Assembly (NCBI GenBank): GCA_048013815.1
Contig: CM106586.1
Span: 20,770,001 to 20,834,000 of the forward strand
Direction of reading: 5' to 3'
Origin: Setoptus koraiensis
Taxonomy: Eukaryota > Animalia > Arthropoda
DNA length: 64,000 nucleotides
Position 1 is the first letter of the stretch; the number at the start of each line of letters is the position of its first letter. A model generated the notes under the pieces. The model ran no database searches. It was not told the origin of the DNA and worked only from the letters and a program-made list of their open reading frames with translations. Below, one piece after another: positions 41,826-53,574 of the stretch. The translations under genes were made by a program, and so were the position numbers.

Positions 41826-44603
41826 ATGTCTATAAATTCCCTCAAGATACGGGGCATCAGAAGTTTCGGGCCCAAACTCAATGATACTCAAACGATTGAA
41901 TTTCATCCACTCACGCTCATATTGGGCAAAAATGGATCAGGCAAAACCACTGTGATAGAGGCCCTGAAATACATCACCTCCGGAACCGAGCCACCTCACT
42001 CCGAATCAAGGAGAAACTTCGTCCATGATCCCAGAATATCCAAGCTTACTAGAGTCACTGCCTCCATTCAGCTAGAAATGACAACTATAAACAAAAAATC
42101 TGCCAAGGCTATTAGAGAAATCAAGCTCGACTCACAGGCCAAGGGAACGCCAACTGTAACGTCGTACTTTGAAATCGGGGGCGAATGCCACGGTGTCAAC
42201 AAGCAAGATGACTGGGGCAAAACAATTGCCAATCAGCTAGGCATACCAAATCTAGCAGTGCTCAACTATATTCTATTCTGCCACCAAGACAGCGCCAACT
42301 GGTTTCTTGGCGATGCAGCTGATGTCAAACAGAAATTCGATGACATCCTCGACTGCCAGGTGTACAAGAGAGCACTAAAATATATAAAAGATTACAGGAA
42401 GAAACTTCATGCTCACCTTCAGACCATTTACGCAAACATTGCCACATCCACTGTGTATGTGATGAACAAGACAAAAACTCGTGATGAAATCGAATCTTAT
42501 CGACAACAAAAGAAGTTGAATGACCAGAAAATAGACGAAATAAACAAAAAAATAGAAGGTCTCAACTCTAAACTTTTGGCGTTAAAGATAGAGAAGAAAG
42601 AGATAGAAGCGCTTATCATCGACAAATCGAATCTCGAGAGAGATGTAGCCAATCTTCAGCGAGAAATCACCACACGTAAGAGTGATCTCGGACAAAATTT
42701 TATCTGCCCAACATCCAAATCGAACATTGACTTGAAAAAAGAATACGACCAATTTGCGAGCAACATTGCAGAACAGAAAAAATCTTTGGAACAGCATAAG
42801 GACTCTGAATTGAACTTGAAGAGGGAGAGGATTTCTCTTTCTAACGAGATAACGTGCCTCGAAAAGATTGTGAGAGAACACGAAATAAAAGAAGAGATTC
42901 TAGTTAAAGAACGCGAATCTCTTATAGAGCGCTTCCAGGAAGCTGGATTGGAGTTAACCGATGATAATCCCTTGAGCGGACTTTCCAAACTAAAAGACAA
43001 GTTGGCCATCTGTAAGGAACAAAATGAAACGAACAAAAGTCTTGAAGATGACGCAAGCAGAGATCTAAAGGCTAAATCAATGAAATATGATTCCGCCTTA
43101 CACGATATCAAATTGAAAAAGAAGTCGCTAGGTTTTTTAGATGGTCGTTTAATAGAGCTCAAGAAGACATCCACTAACACTGACGAGAAGCTCAATCCAT
43201 TGAAAAAAGTTTTTGACAATCTGGACGATATGGAATCGGTTGTATCGGTGATGATGGAAGTTGAATTAGCAGGAAAATTGGATTGTCTAGTTACGGATTC
43301 GAAAAATATCCTGAGGGGAGTTTTCTCGTCGAACGAAGAGCAAATAAAACGTCTCGATCTCGAGGTGAAGGAAGCCAAAGCAGAAATCACGGCATCGGAA
43401 GCCGATTCAACTAGTTTGAAAAACGATGTTGAAGAAGCTGAGAAAATGTTCACCCAAGCTAGGGAGAAACTAAAAGCCTCATCTAATCAGCTGAATAACG
43501 TGTCGTGGATCCTACGAGATATGGAAAGAAAGGTCAGTATCTATGATGCTGACCGTCAGGTGATACTTAAAGTTGATTTGCCTGGAAGGCGGCAAAGAAT
43601 CGATTTGCAGAAAAAAGCTTTGGAGGAAACGGTGAATACTCTCGAAAGTTTATCCCCAAAAATTCTTGAGCTTTATAGAACGGTTGAAAGCTCAAAGTCA
43701 AGATTCAATATACTAAGAGAAAACAAAAAAATTAGAGATATAGAAGTTGAAGTCCTAGGAATCAAAACTAGAGTGGAAGATATGGACTTGGAGTTACGTG
43801 GAATGAGGCTCTTGACGACAGTAGTTGAGGAAGTAGATTCTTTAGAACGCATCAAAGCAGAGGATATGATGGCTAAAAGTAAGTGCGAGGGCTCAAACAA
43901 AGAAATAAAGGAAAATATAAATCGTTCTAATAAGTCTCTTGAAGACCCCAAGCTACAAAAAGCACATACGAACAAAGCGAAACTATTGGGCGAAAAGGAG
44001 ATCCATGAGATGCTGATCAAAGATATGGACCTTTTGTACAAATGCTTCGATCAATCAGTCACAAGATTTCACAACGAAGTTTTAAGACAAATCAATATAG
44101 CATTAGATAATCGTTGGCGAAGAGTATACCAAGGTCAAGACGTTGAAACCATCATGCTGGTTGCTGATGAAGAGTCTCAATCGACAGCTGAGAAGCGAAA
44201 ATACAACTACCACATTGCCATGATACGGGATGGAGTTAAAATGAGGATGCGTGAAAGGAGCTCAGCTGGTCAGAAGGCTTTGGCTTCGATTATAATAAGG
44301 ATCGCTTTAGCCGAATTGTTCGCGCGAGACTTTGGAGTTCTTGCTTTCGATGAGCCTACTGCCAATCTAGACCAGGAGAATGTCGATTCATTGGCGAAGA
44401 TTATCTCTGCTCTGGTCAAGAATGGGCTGAAAAAAGGCCACAACATGCAATGGATAATAATAACTCACGACCAATCGTTTTTGAAGGCATTGGATAAGCA
44501 TTGCTCTCCATATTATTATGTGATAGAAAGAGATGTTAGCGGCTACTCTAGGATAAGACAGCACGCTAATGATTCGATCGATTCAGTTGATGAAGGAAAT
44601 TAA
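41826..44603 (+). CDS. RAD50: DNA repair protein RAD50 (shortened, 925 aa), intronless
   Basis: IRGIRSFGP, Walker A GKNGSGKTT, Q-loop FCHQ, signature SAGQK, Walker B LAFDEPTANLD, H-loop IITHD. Confidence 0.92.
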   Translation: MSINSLKIRGIRSFGPKLNDTQTIEFHPLTLILGKNGSGKTTVIEALKYITSGTEPPHSESRRNFVHDPRISKLTRVTASIQLEMTTINKKSAKAIREIKLDSQAKGTPTVTSYFEIGGECHGVNKQDDWGKTIANQLGIPNLAVLNYILFCHQDSANWFLGDAADVKQKFDDILDCQVYKRALKYIKDYRKKLHAHLQTIYANIATSTVYVMNKTKTRDEIESYRQQKKLNDQKIDEINKKIEGLNSKLLALKIEKKEIEALIIDKSNLERDVANLQREITTRKSDLGQNFICPTSKSNIDLKKEYDQFASNIAEQKKSLEQHKDSELNLKRERISLSNEITCLEKIVREHEIKEEILVKERESLIERFQEAGLELTDDNPLSGLSKLKDKLAICKEQNETNKSLEDDASRDLKAKSMKYDSALHDIKLKKKSLGFLDGRLIELKKTSTNTDEKLNPLKKVFDNLDDMESVVSVMMEVELAGKLDCLVTDSKNILRGVFSSNEEQIKRLDLEVKEAKAEITASEADSTSLKNDVEEAEKMFTQAREKLKASSNQLNNVSWILRDMERKVSIYDADRQVILKVDLPGRRQRIDLQKKALEETVNTLESLSPKILELYRTVESSKSRFNILRENKKIRDIEVEVLGIKTRVEDMDLELRGMRLLTTVVEEVDSLERIKAEDMMAKSKCEGSNKEIKENINRSNKSLEDPKLQKAHTNKAKLLGEKEIHEMLIKDMDLLYKCFDQSVTRFHNEVLRQINIALDNRWRRVYQGQDVETIMLVADEESQSTAEKRKYNYHIAMIRDGVKMRMRERSSAGQKALASIIIRIALAELFARDFGVLAFDEPTANLDQENVDSLAKIISALVKNGLKKGHNMQWIIITHDQSFLKALDKHCSPYYYVIERDVSGYSRIRQHANDSIDSVDEGN

Positions 44604-44933
44604 GTGTAGATATTATGTTTATTACACTATGATCACATGTTTTCAAATTTATAATTATTGTGGATAAAATTTTTTAGACCATATTGTGAGCCTTTCAACT
44701 TTTTTCACCTGTTCTCATTGGAAATACGCTCAACTATAGTCATCTTGTTTTGCGATCCATGACTTCCTTGGCACTCATTAAGGTGCTTGATCTTGGGGGA
44801 ATGTCTAAATATACTATAAATACTCAGACTACAACATTATCAGAGATTGCGGTTGAGCAGATCTCTCAGTTTAATCTTATTGATGCATCATAAGAATCCT
44901 GTTTGTGTTTTGAGTATTCTATTCCAAAGATGA

Positions 44934-46420
44934 TTAGTAAGCTGGGAGAGCTGGCAATGGTAGAGGTGCTGGTGCAGCAACGAGTGGGGGTCGGGCAATG
45001 ACCGGCAACGGAGCAGCCACTGGAACTTGGGCAACGATTGGTGCAGTGTGGACTACTGGTTGATGGTGAGTTGATTTAAATACTGGTGAGAAATGTGTTG
45101 TGTCGTGGGCAATCTGGTGTCCGATTTCAGTTGAGTATGACTTGACATCTGCAGGTGGAGCAGGGTGGACAGTGTGCACTGGTGCTGGTGCTGGGACAGC
45201 TGCAAGTAGAGGTGCTATAGAGTGTTAATCAATTGTCGTCATCATAATCAATTGTATGAATAAGTTTTATTTGTTGATTTGCGTAATATGCATCATTGTC
45301 AACAATCAAACAATTCATCGAATGATCAATTTTGAGTCCAATCAACATTAACAAATTAGAGCGACGAAGAGTGTAAATGGTTGTGTTACAAAGAGTTGCG
45401 ATTTTTTGTTTGTGTTGTGTGTCAATTAATCATTAAGAGTTTTTCTTTGAACAATCATTCTTTGCAACTGCCTTGATAAAAAACTGTCATCAAGAGAATC
45501 AAGAGAACATGATCGATTCTCATCGCATCATGTTCAACAATTTTTTGTTGACAATCATCAAATCATTCAATCAACAGCAGAGAATGGACATTATCGTCAT
45601 CATTACTTACCTGGTGCAACTGCAACTGGTGCTGGAGCAGCAACTGGTACTGGTGCTGGTAGTGGTGCAGCTACTGGAACTGGTGCTGGGGCAACTGCAA
45701 TTGGTGCTGGTGCGGCGTAGACTGGACGGTCGTGTCTAACCTCAGATTGGAAAGCGTATCCGTTGACATCGGCGGTCTTACCTACGACTTGGGTACCGAC
45801 TTGTTGGTGTCCGACAACTTGGTCTCCGACCTTAACTGTTTGCAAGACGGTTGTTGGGTGAGCAACGGTACCGACTGATGGTGGTTGAGGGATGAGTCTT
45901 TGGGTGTGTACAGCGGTGACTGTTGGTACGGCGGCAACTGCTGGTACGGCGGCAACGGCTGGGGCCAATGCGGGAGCAGCGACTATTTTGGTTATAATCG
46001 TAATTAATTTGTAGAAAAAGTTTATACATTTTGATTAGTTAAACTGAAATATCCAATATATGACACAGTGTAAATAGATGGTTTATGGCCTAGGTTACGA
46101 CTCTAGGTTTTGCTTACAATACGCACCAACTGCGCTACGTTTGACTCGTGGAGCTGCAGATGACAGGGCAATCAGGGCTGACAAGATCTAAATAATTCAT
46201 AGGGTATCAACAATATGTGTTTTTTGTCCAATGTGACAATGCATGACAATGAGACAAACAATTAATAAATGAAACGTTAAAATCAATGTGTATGTATGAT
46301 GTGTGATGCTATGATGCAACAAGATGAACAATTTATTCTACATGTGTCCATCTTTTCTGGTAAGACTAAGCTTGTATGTGTTTGTGTGTGATTGAGAAAA
46401 CTTACAAGTAGCTTGTACAT
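44934..46420 (-). CDS. Ala/Pro/Val-rich secreted cuticle-like protein, 4 coding exons (46420-46406, ~46187-46120, ~45984-45611, 45214-44934)
   Basis: ATGTACAAGCTACTT|gtaagt (MYKLL), ILSALIALSSA|APRVKRSAV (signal plus KR site), AAPA/AAVP repeats, canonical GT-AG introns. No R&R chitin-binding motif was recognised. Confidence 0.75.
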
Positions 46421-46568
46421 GTTGAATTGGTTTTTGGTGTTAAATTACTGAATATATGTTGCAAAAATTGATTTGTGTTTAAGACTGTTAAGGATCTTGC
46501 CTGCTTGGTTTTGTTGAGTTATGTCCGCAATACTAACGGTTTGTCGTTGTTGTGCTGTGTCTAACTTG

Positions 46569-46604
46569 ACTGATTTAAATCTTTCTCATGCAACTCTATT
46601 TATA
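46569..46604 (-). promoter_or_regulatory. TATA box (TATAAATA, 46604-46597) and arthropod initiator (TCAGT, 46573-46569) of the cuticle-like gene
   Basis: Canonical motifs about 30 nt apart, roughly 150 nt upstream of ATG 46420. Confidence 0.7.
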
Positions 46605-49600
46605 CCCTCACTCGGAGCACTTGATCAGTTAGTCGCTAATACTATTAGTATACAAAAACAACACCAACTCGTGCAATCCATCTAATGGCCTCGCCTTCTT
46701 CGGTTCACTTTACTACCACTTACGTGATTATTAGGCGAGGGTGGTTGTTCATTGCCTGTAATGGCTTGTCGTGGCTCGTAGGCCACTTGTAGCCACAAAT
46801 GAGATGGCTCAAATCGACAAAGCAAAAAAGCAAAAGAAGAAAAAGTTGGTACGTGCCACAACTGCCATTAGCAGCCAATGAACAAGTCAAGTGAACGGCA
46901 TAGCCAGATATTGTGTTAGCTAGAATACAGGCTAGCTTGGCTCACCTGGTAGATTACTCGTGTTAACGGTGTCCAACAAAACACAGCACAACACAGCACA
47001 ACACAACACAGCACAAAAGTTGGGCGAAGATTAACAACACACCGTCACTATATATTATATTTCGACTAGTTCATTAATCTAACGTCAACAACGACAACAA
47101 CTGCAACAGCAGCAAGTGGTAGGCAACTGTCTGGCGGTAACGACAGCCTTTCACTTGCAACAACAATAACAATGGCTGCAAATTGTTGTTTGATAACAAC
47201 AACAAGTGAAAGAACACTCGACAGAGAACATTCAAGGGACAGAGTGAGAGAGAGGCAAGCTGACTGTCTACTAACGCACACACTTGGTGGTGGGGATAAT
47301 ATATCAAAAGGGAGAATTTTGGGGTTACGAAGGTATTAGATGGCCAGGCAGCTTTTCAATTTGCTGTTTGTATTTGCAGGACCTGATGGAAAGAAGAAGA
47401 AGAAAAAAAAACACAAGTCAGCCATATGTATATATAGTTTTTCCATTGGCAACTTGATTATGGTCCATGAAAATATCAGCTCATGGTCCTTTTCTTCCAC
47501 ACACTCCACTGTCATTGCAACTGCTCTCTTCGTTCACAGTTCCATCTCGATCTAGTCTGCTATCCTGTGTGCTGAACGGTCGGCAATTAGGTGATTATTT
47601 TGCTGAGAAATTGTTGCCTCGTTCTCTGATATTGAGCCAGCACAATCATACGAATATTGTCAGACATCGGGTCCGTTAGAAGCCAATCTCTCTGCCTGTG
47701 TTGCTTTGTCCCGTTAGTTGGCTGTCGTGTGTTTATTATCAGGCCCGTGACGTTGTCACATCGTTTACAGCTCGCTAGAAAAGAACGGAAAGTTTCCTTT
47801 TAGCGCCAAGCTGTCTAATGAATGACTATGGCTTGTTTATTATCATTTGGCAGCCACTTTTGCTACATCATAAACAATTTCTCACATGTCAGCAAGCGTG
47901 TGAGATGATCTTGACAGCTTTGTGCGGAATTATATTCGTTGATAAGTTGGATACGATCGAACATTGTTCTTCGAATGTTTGTTCCAAGAACAATTCAGTT
48001 GTTTAAACGCCCATGTTTGGCTATAAAACCAATTTCTCTTTTCACAATAGTTTCACAGAAAAGAGAAAGATTTTACAGAATCTACCAGCGGCAGCACCAT
48101 CCAACCAACAGGTTGTTTGGTGGTGGATGTTAATTCCACAATTAAATATAGCTCGGTGTGTTTATGTGCAAACAAACAGACCATCAGTGAGATACTCAAA
48201 ATTCATTTTCATGTAAGTGTAGAACAAAACATTGTGTGTTGAAAACGTTTTCGACCATGACTGGTCATCATCACTTTACACAGGGGGCTTATTCTTGTTT
48301 ATTTCGCGCTTATGCCAACAAACAATAGCCTGGCCAAGGACAGGGCACAACTTTCTTTCTTTACTTTGGTCATATTCAAAAGTTTAAGTGCGTTAAAATA
48401 CAATGAACTGATGACTACAAAAGTTAGGAAATGTTGGCCAGTCCATTGGAATGACCGCTATCTATCACATGCTGTCTTGGCTTTTAGAGGAAAACAAACA
48501 CAATAGATCTTTGCCGGCACTGAAACAGACGAAAGAAAAGAAAAAATAAAGAACCCTCTCCCTTGAGTCACGAGATTGACTGATGAACAACTACACCAAC
48601 AACAGTCCAAGTTGTTAGAGGGATGTAAGAATGTATCGAGCTTGGCCAAAAGAATTGATTTGCATGCAAATTAATCACGTTTCGTCTAGGCCAATGAGCT
48701 CGCTAATACCAATTGGCAAGCTTTATCTCTTAGTTGACGCATTTTGCCTGTGTATCGCCGTCTACATGTACCCTCAATTCAGGACATTGGCACTATATAG
48801 AACATGAACATATGAGGCCGACACTTGATACCTTGAATCAAACTTCTGTCTCACTATTTCGTCGTTATATATCTAGCTAGTTGATCAAGGAAATTCATTA
48901 TTAACCAGCGATCCATTATTATCTCCTTTTGATAAATTGATTGTTGGACCTCTAACGAAGTTGTTGTCTTATGAAATCATCGAGTTGTATGCAAAAATAA
49001 TCTTGATAACACGCAAACCATATTGCTAATGATACCAAAGAGTTAACATTACGCTAATGAGTCTATTTTATTCGCTTATCGCATCCAAATAAGTCCGATA
49101 AGTGCAACGCCCGAATTACCAGCCGAATAGATTTAAAGGTATCTATTTAAAAAATTGAACCTTGCTTGTTTTTCGAACAAATTATTATCTGTCATGATCA
49201 GGTAATGATGACTTTCAAAAGCAATATCTCATGTTGCTTTCAAATGTTCGCTCTACCTGTAAGCTTGTGTCTTTAAGTAAAACTCACATGGAAAAGAACC
49301 AACTCGGATATTTCCGAATATGATGATCATTTCATTCTGTCTAACAAAACCGCTAGTGCGTAAATCCTTCAAATTTTACACTCGATTCTGTACGCAAGAT
49401 AACAATACCAACTTGAAAAGAGAAAGAGAAATCTGAACATCTGACGGTCTGTAATCATGAATTATCCCCTTCTGAGTTTCGTTAACAAATTTTGCTCTTG
49501 ACAAGATCAAACTCCGTTGTAAACACATAAATGTTGGGAATTTAACAGTACATTCTTTATTTTATTTATCGACATTTCTTTGCACGTACCTTATCTGACG

Positions 49601-50913
49601 ATAATCTAGGCACAATCCAATCAATTCACAATAGAAATAATGAAATTATCATTATTATAATTGTAGTCTTGTGGCTGGTACAGAATGTCTCCTCCGAGGC
49701 AAATAGTTGTTTCTAGTCAACTTGAGTGGATCGAGATAAGTTAAATTGTTTATTGCGGACAATCAAACACTTGTTAGTTGTCGAATACATACTATTTATA
49801 CTTTGACTAAATCTAGTGAACACCTTTTAGCGTGAGAGTCAGAGAGGGCCATTAGCAATTTGCCTCAATCTAGACGTAAATAGAGAAAAAACAAATGCAT
49901 TATAGTTCTATAGTTTGAGCCATCATCAGAGAGCACTTAGCGCATTAATTTGGACAAAATATGCAAAAAAGAAAGAAATAATAATGTTACAAGTTACTTT
50001 AACTTCTAGTGCTGATTTGAGTACAATTTAGCCTCGAATGGCTCGTGATCAGACGTGCAATTTGCAGAAGCAGATAGAAAGGTGAGTATTGCCTGACATG
50101 GCTCTGTCTCTTTCTCTTGTTGATCCTTGAAAGGATAAATTTTTATTGATCGAACCATTACAATGCGATGGTAACGCAACTGGTGCCACTTTCTTACCAC
50201 GACTCCAGAAACAAAAACAACAACAACTACCACTTTATGTTAGACAAATGCAGTGCGATTACAGACTACACTATTTGATGATAATAGTCAAGACCAATGA
50301 CTATTGAGTATGGCTTTTAGTCAATAGCCAAACTGGCCAGAAAGATCGAGCAACACACTTGACTTATTGCCTGGCACTATTGGATTAAGATAAGGGAGAT
50401 GTGATATAATAACCATTTGTTGTTGTTTTCAATATTATCAATAAATTACTATATTACTCCCACTAGATAGATTTGAATTCTGAACATACACACCGCTAAC
50501 TCAATCAACTAGTTTAGTATAATTATCAAGTAGCAAACAACAACAACAGCAACAGCAAACACAATGAAACGTGTTGTTGTATGTTGATCAAAAAGAAGAA
50601 GCGAACTACGCTGGTCAAGGTTGTTGAGAGAGTAAGATAAAAGGCTACCACTATAACAGATAAATAATTACATTAATAAACATCTAAATGAGATAATTTC
50701 GGTCTGATGTGAAGGCTCTAATGAACTTCCATACTTACCAAGTAACGTGAATAGATCATTAGAGAGGTGCATATGTGGATAGTTCATGCAAATGTTTGAT
50801 TCACCTGTGATATATCGCACGCCATTGATGTGTCACTGCAACATTCACAATTCACCATGAATGTCACAGTTACTCGGTAATTCACACACCGTGTCTCGGC
50901 ACTGAAAATGGTA

Positions 50914-51223
50914 AAGGGTGTCCGCTAATAGAATAGTTTTTGACAACGCACACTGCGCGCACTACCTCACAGAGTGCGTTCACTGAGCGAGCTGAACTGG
51001 GGCTCGCACAGTGCTTGCGCAGGCAGGCTCCCGGTACCGCAGATAGCGGTGTTGCTCTGGCGCGCTATCTGCGGCATTGAGAGCAACACACAATTGTGCA
51101 GCACAGCTGCCATAGCGGCACACACACATGAGCGCTAGTCTCCACAGTGCATCGGGAAAAATGCATTGTGGAAGCTAGCGTAGCCTTTTTAGTTCAAAAA
51201 ATATTCTATTTGCGGACACCCTT
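50914..51223. mobile_element. 310-bp Tc1/mariner-type MITE with ~28-bp TIRs and a TA target-site duplication
   Basis: TA|AAGGGTGTCCGCTAATAGAATAGTTTTT ... AAAAAATATTCTATTTGCGGACACCCTT|TA. The terminus resembles mariner CAGGGTGTCC ends. Confidence 0.82.
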
Positions 51224-51669
51224 TATTCACTGAATATCATCATATTGTTTTGTGATTACGCAATCGATTGACTTGTTAATGTCGGGCGGCAATCTGTTTA
51301 GCAGGTCAAGTTGTATCAAGCAACAATGAATAGAAAAGACTCGCACTAATCATTGGATTGTTTTACAAGTATTCACTTGGACAAATTTTTTCTTTGCTCA
51401 ATATTTATGAACATTCCGCATCCATTAGTATCCGATGAATAAATCATGGTTGTTTGTATGCACATGTATTCACCATGGATATCGCATGAGTATTCATGAA
51501 TATTTTCAAGTGTTGAATTTCGCGCTCACAAACAACCGCAGCACAACATCACGCTGTGTGAATTCACGATGTAAAACAGAAAAGAAACATGTGATTCTTG
51601 ATTTCTTTTTTCATTTGGACTCATTCCCATTTTGATGACTTTTACTATTTAACACAATCAATAGCCAAA

Positions 51670-52770
51670 ATGGCCGAGCTGATGGAAGCAAAACAAAAGC
51701 TTCTCACTAAGCTAGGACCAAATTTTACTAGATATCTACAATTATTAGGTAAATGGTTCAGAGGCACCATAACGAAGGATGAATTTGATACAAATGCCAA
51801 ACAATTGATAAGTACAAGTTTTGTATCGGAGCATAACAAATTTTGGTTGGCCTTTTTAGATCATTGCGCAAACAAATTAAATAATTCTCAGAACATCACT
51901 AAAACAAACAATTCTCAAAATATAACAAAAACAAACAACTGTACCGATGGACTTTCAAGACACAAGGACACTAATCTCAAATTGTTTCCCAGAATAGATG
52001 AGAAGCTTATCAGATCATTGGCATCTGATGGACGCTTCATATCTATGTCATCTCCACTGTCATATCTACCATATCTGCCTACAAGCTTAGAGAGAAATCC
52101 AGATGAACCACCGAAAATGGTCAATAAACTCTCATTTTGTCACCAAGACCGATGCCTTCCTAACAAATTGATGGCCCATATGAGGATATTTGTTATAGCT
52201 TGGGAGATGGGATTGGATTCTGTGGACGACAAAGTAGCTCAACTTGTCAATTTAGCGTTACAATATTTTCTTAAGAATATTATTACCGAGGTAATATGCA
52301 GCAAGACTGCTTACAGATTGAGAGAAAACAAGTTTAGGTACGCTTTTGGTATCAAGCCTATCAATCCTTACTCAACTAGCTCAAACAAGATCTATAGAGC
52401 TAATCTGGAATATGATCCCTATCAGATAGAGGCCACAAGAACAAATAGTTCGCTCGTGGACACGTACGCATATAATGACAGTCTATTTCCTAGTAGGCTT
52501 CATGAAAATCAGGCCATATTCGAGTATGCTTGCTCTGTTTCCGAATTCGCTAGTGATAGGAAGAGGATCAAGAAAGCGGATGACATTATTAGTCATAATA
52601 ATGATGTTGTTACTGCCAACAACTGTATTAGCCGGCAGCGAAACTTGTCAGGTCACAAGTCTACCCTCTTCCATTTGTTTATGACTATGGTAACAAACAG
52701 ATGTATTATTCCCTCCCACGCATTGTATTGTGTAAATGTGGAACGTGTTATAGCAAAATTATCTATTTAA
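51670..52770 (+). CDS. TADA1: SAGA complex subunit TADA1 (Ada1), about 366 aa
   Basis: LMEAKQKLLTKLGPNFTRYLQLLGKWFRGTITKDEFD...EHNKFWLAFL (SAGA-Tad1 N-domain); AWEMGLDSV...ALQYFLKNIITEVI (histone fold); AYRLRE. Confidence 0.88.
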   Translation: MAELMEAKQKLLTKLGPNFTRYLQLLGKWFRGTITKDEFDTNAKQLISTSFVSEHNKFWLAFLDHCANKLNNSQNITKTNNSQNITKTNNCTDGLSRHKDTNLKLFPRIDEKLIRSLASDGRFISMSSPLSYLPYLPTSLERNPDEPPKMVNKLSFCHQDRCLPNKLMAHMRIFVIAWEMGLDSVDDKVAQLVNLALQYFLKNIITEVICSKTAYRLRENKFRYAFGIKPINPYSTSSNKIYRANLEYDPYQIEATRTNSSLVDTYAYNDSLFPSRLHENQAIFEYACSVSEFASDRKRIKKADDIISHNNDVVTANNCISRQRNLSGHKSTLFHLFMTMVTNRCIIPSHALYCVNVERVIAKLSI

Positions 52771-53086
52771 AAGATTTCAGTAACTTCAGTAAAATAAATG
52801 AAGCGCATTTAAAGATTACTTATAATCTATTGTTATTCCCCAATCAAGTGTTACAATGATATCTACATCTATTAAGGTTGTGGCTAACATATAGTGACTT
52901 AGTTAGCCACCATAACACTTTCTTTCGCAAATTGTCACCACTTCAGTAGAGATATATTGAAATTCTGTTGGGCGTATCGATTTTCATGTAGGACTTTTCT
53001 ATGTGCTGCATTAAATACCAACTAGACTCCCTATAGTCAATTACTGAGTGGCGGCGGTTTCTGAGAGCGAGTGAATAATTCTCAGT

Positions 53087-53467
53087 TCAAGGAGGACATT
53101 GCCACCTCTTGAATTCACGATCTTCATATGGTAATTCTCCAGAGTTTATCTTTCTATTGAATTCTTGAACCTCGCTCTTATAATAAAACGCATAGAGAGG
53201 AACTGGTAAGAAAGCAACGACAAAGAGGTGGAGAAATCTTCTAAATGGTATAGGACTTTTGGGTAGTCGGCCTTGTTTCCTCATGGCCAAGAATCTCTCA
53301 ATTGCTGGATCTTTGGCCACCTGCTGCTGAATCTGAAGAAATGGATCATTGTATTTCCTGACGTATTCGGCCTTGAGTTTATTTTTGATTTCCAATCTCC
53401 TTCTGATCCTGTCCTGTTCCTCCCAGGTTAAATCGTATTGTTTGTCGTTGTAGACATTGCCGGCCAT
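53087..53467 (-). CDS. NDUFB4: NADH:ubiquinone oxidoreductase subunit B4 (B15), 126 aa
   Basis: RRRLEIKNKLKAEYVRKYNDP...DPAIERF, a single hydrophobic helix, then KINSGELPYEDR, resembling NDUFB4 ([20 protein letters not shown]...NPALLRW). Confidence 0.85.
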   Translation of the reverse strand: MAGNVYNDKQYDLTWEEQDRIRRRLEIKNKLKAEYVRKYNDPFLQIQQQVAKDPAIERFLAMRKQGRLPKSPIPFRRFLHLFVVAFLPVPLYAFYYKSEVQEFNRKINSGELPYEDREFKRWQCPP

Positions 53468-53574
53468 ATTGAACGAACTAGATGTTCAATCCAACTGAAT
53501 AAAGATTTTGTTAGGAAAGAGGTAATAAATATTCGTCCGGCAAGAGGGCAAGGGGAGAGGATCTTTTCAGATGA

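Noticed and set aside
47380-47430. GPDGKKKKKKKHKSAIC after a plausible acceptor, resembling a K-Ras4B/Rap polybasic tail
   Set aside because: There is no terminal CaaX-stop and no GTPase exons upstream; an (AAG)n plus A-run explains it.
49640-49718. Possible frameshifted signal peptide (MKLSLL / IIVVLWLVQNVSSEA)
   Set aside because: It requires an assumed frameshift, is followed by a stop, and has no downstream coding evidence.
51037-51089. HDV-like ribozyme interpretation of the MITE pseudoknot
   Set aside because: Only 4 nt lie between the putative P2 and P1' strands, so there is no room for P3/L3, and no P4/J4/2 catalytic segment is present.
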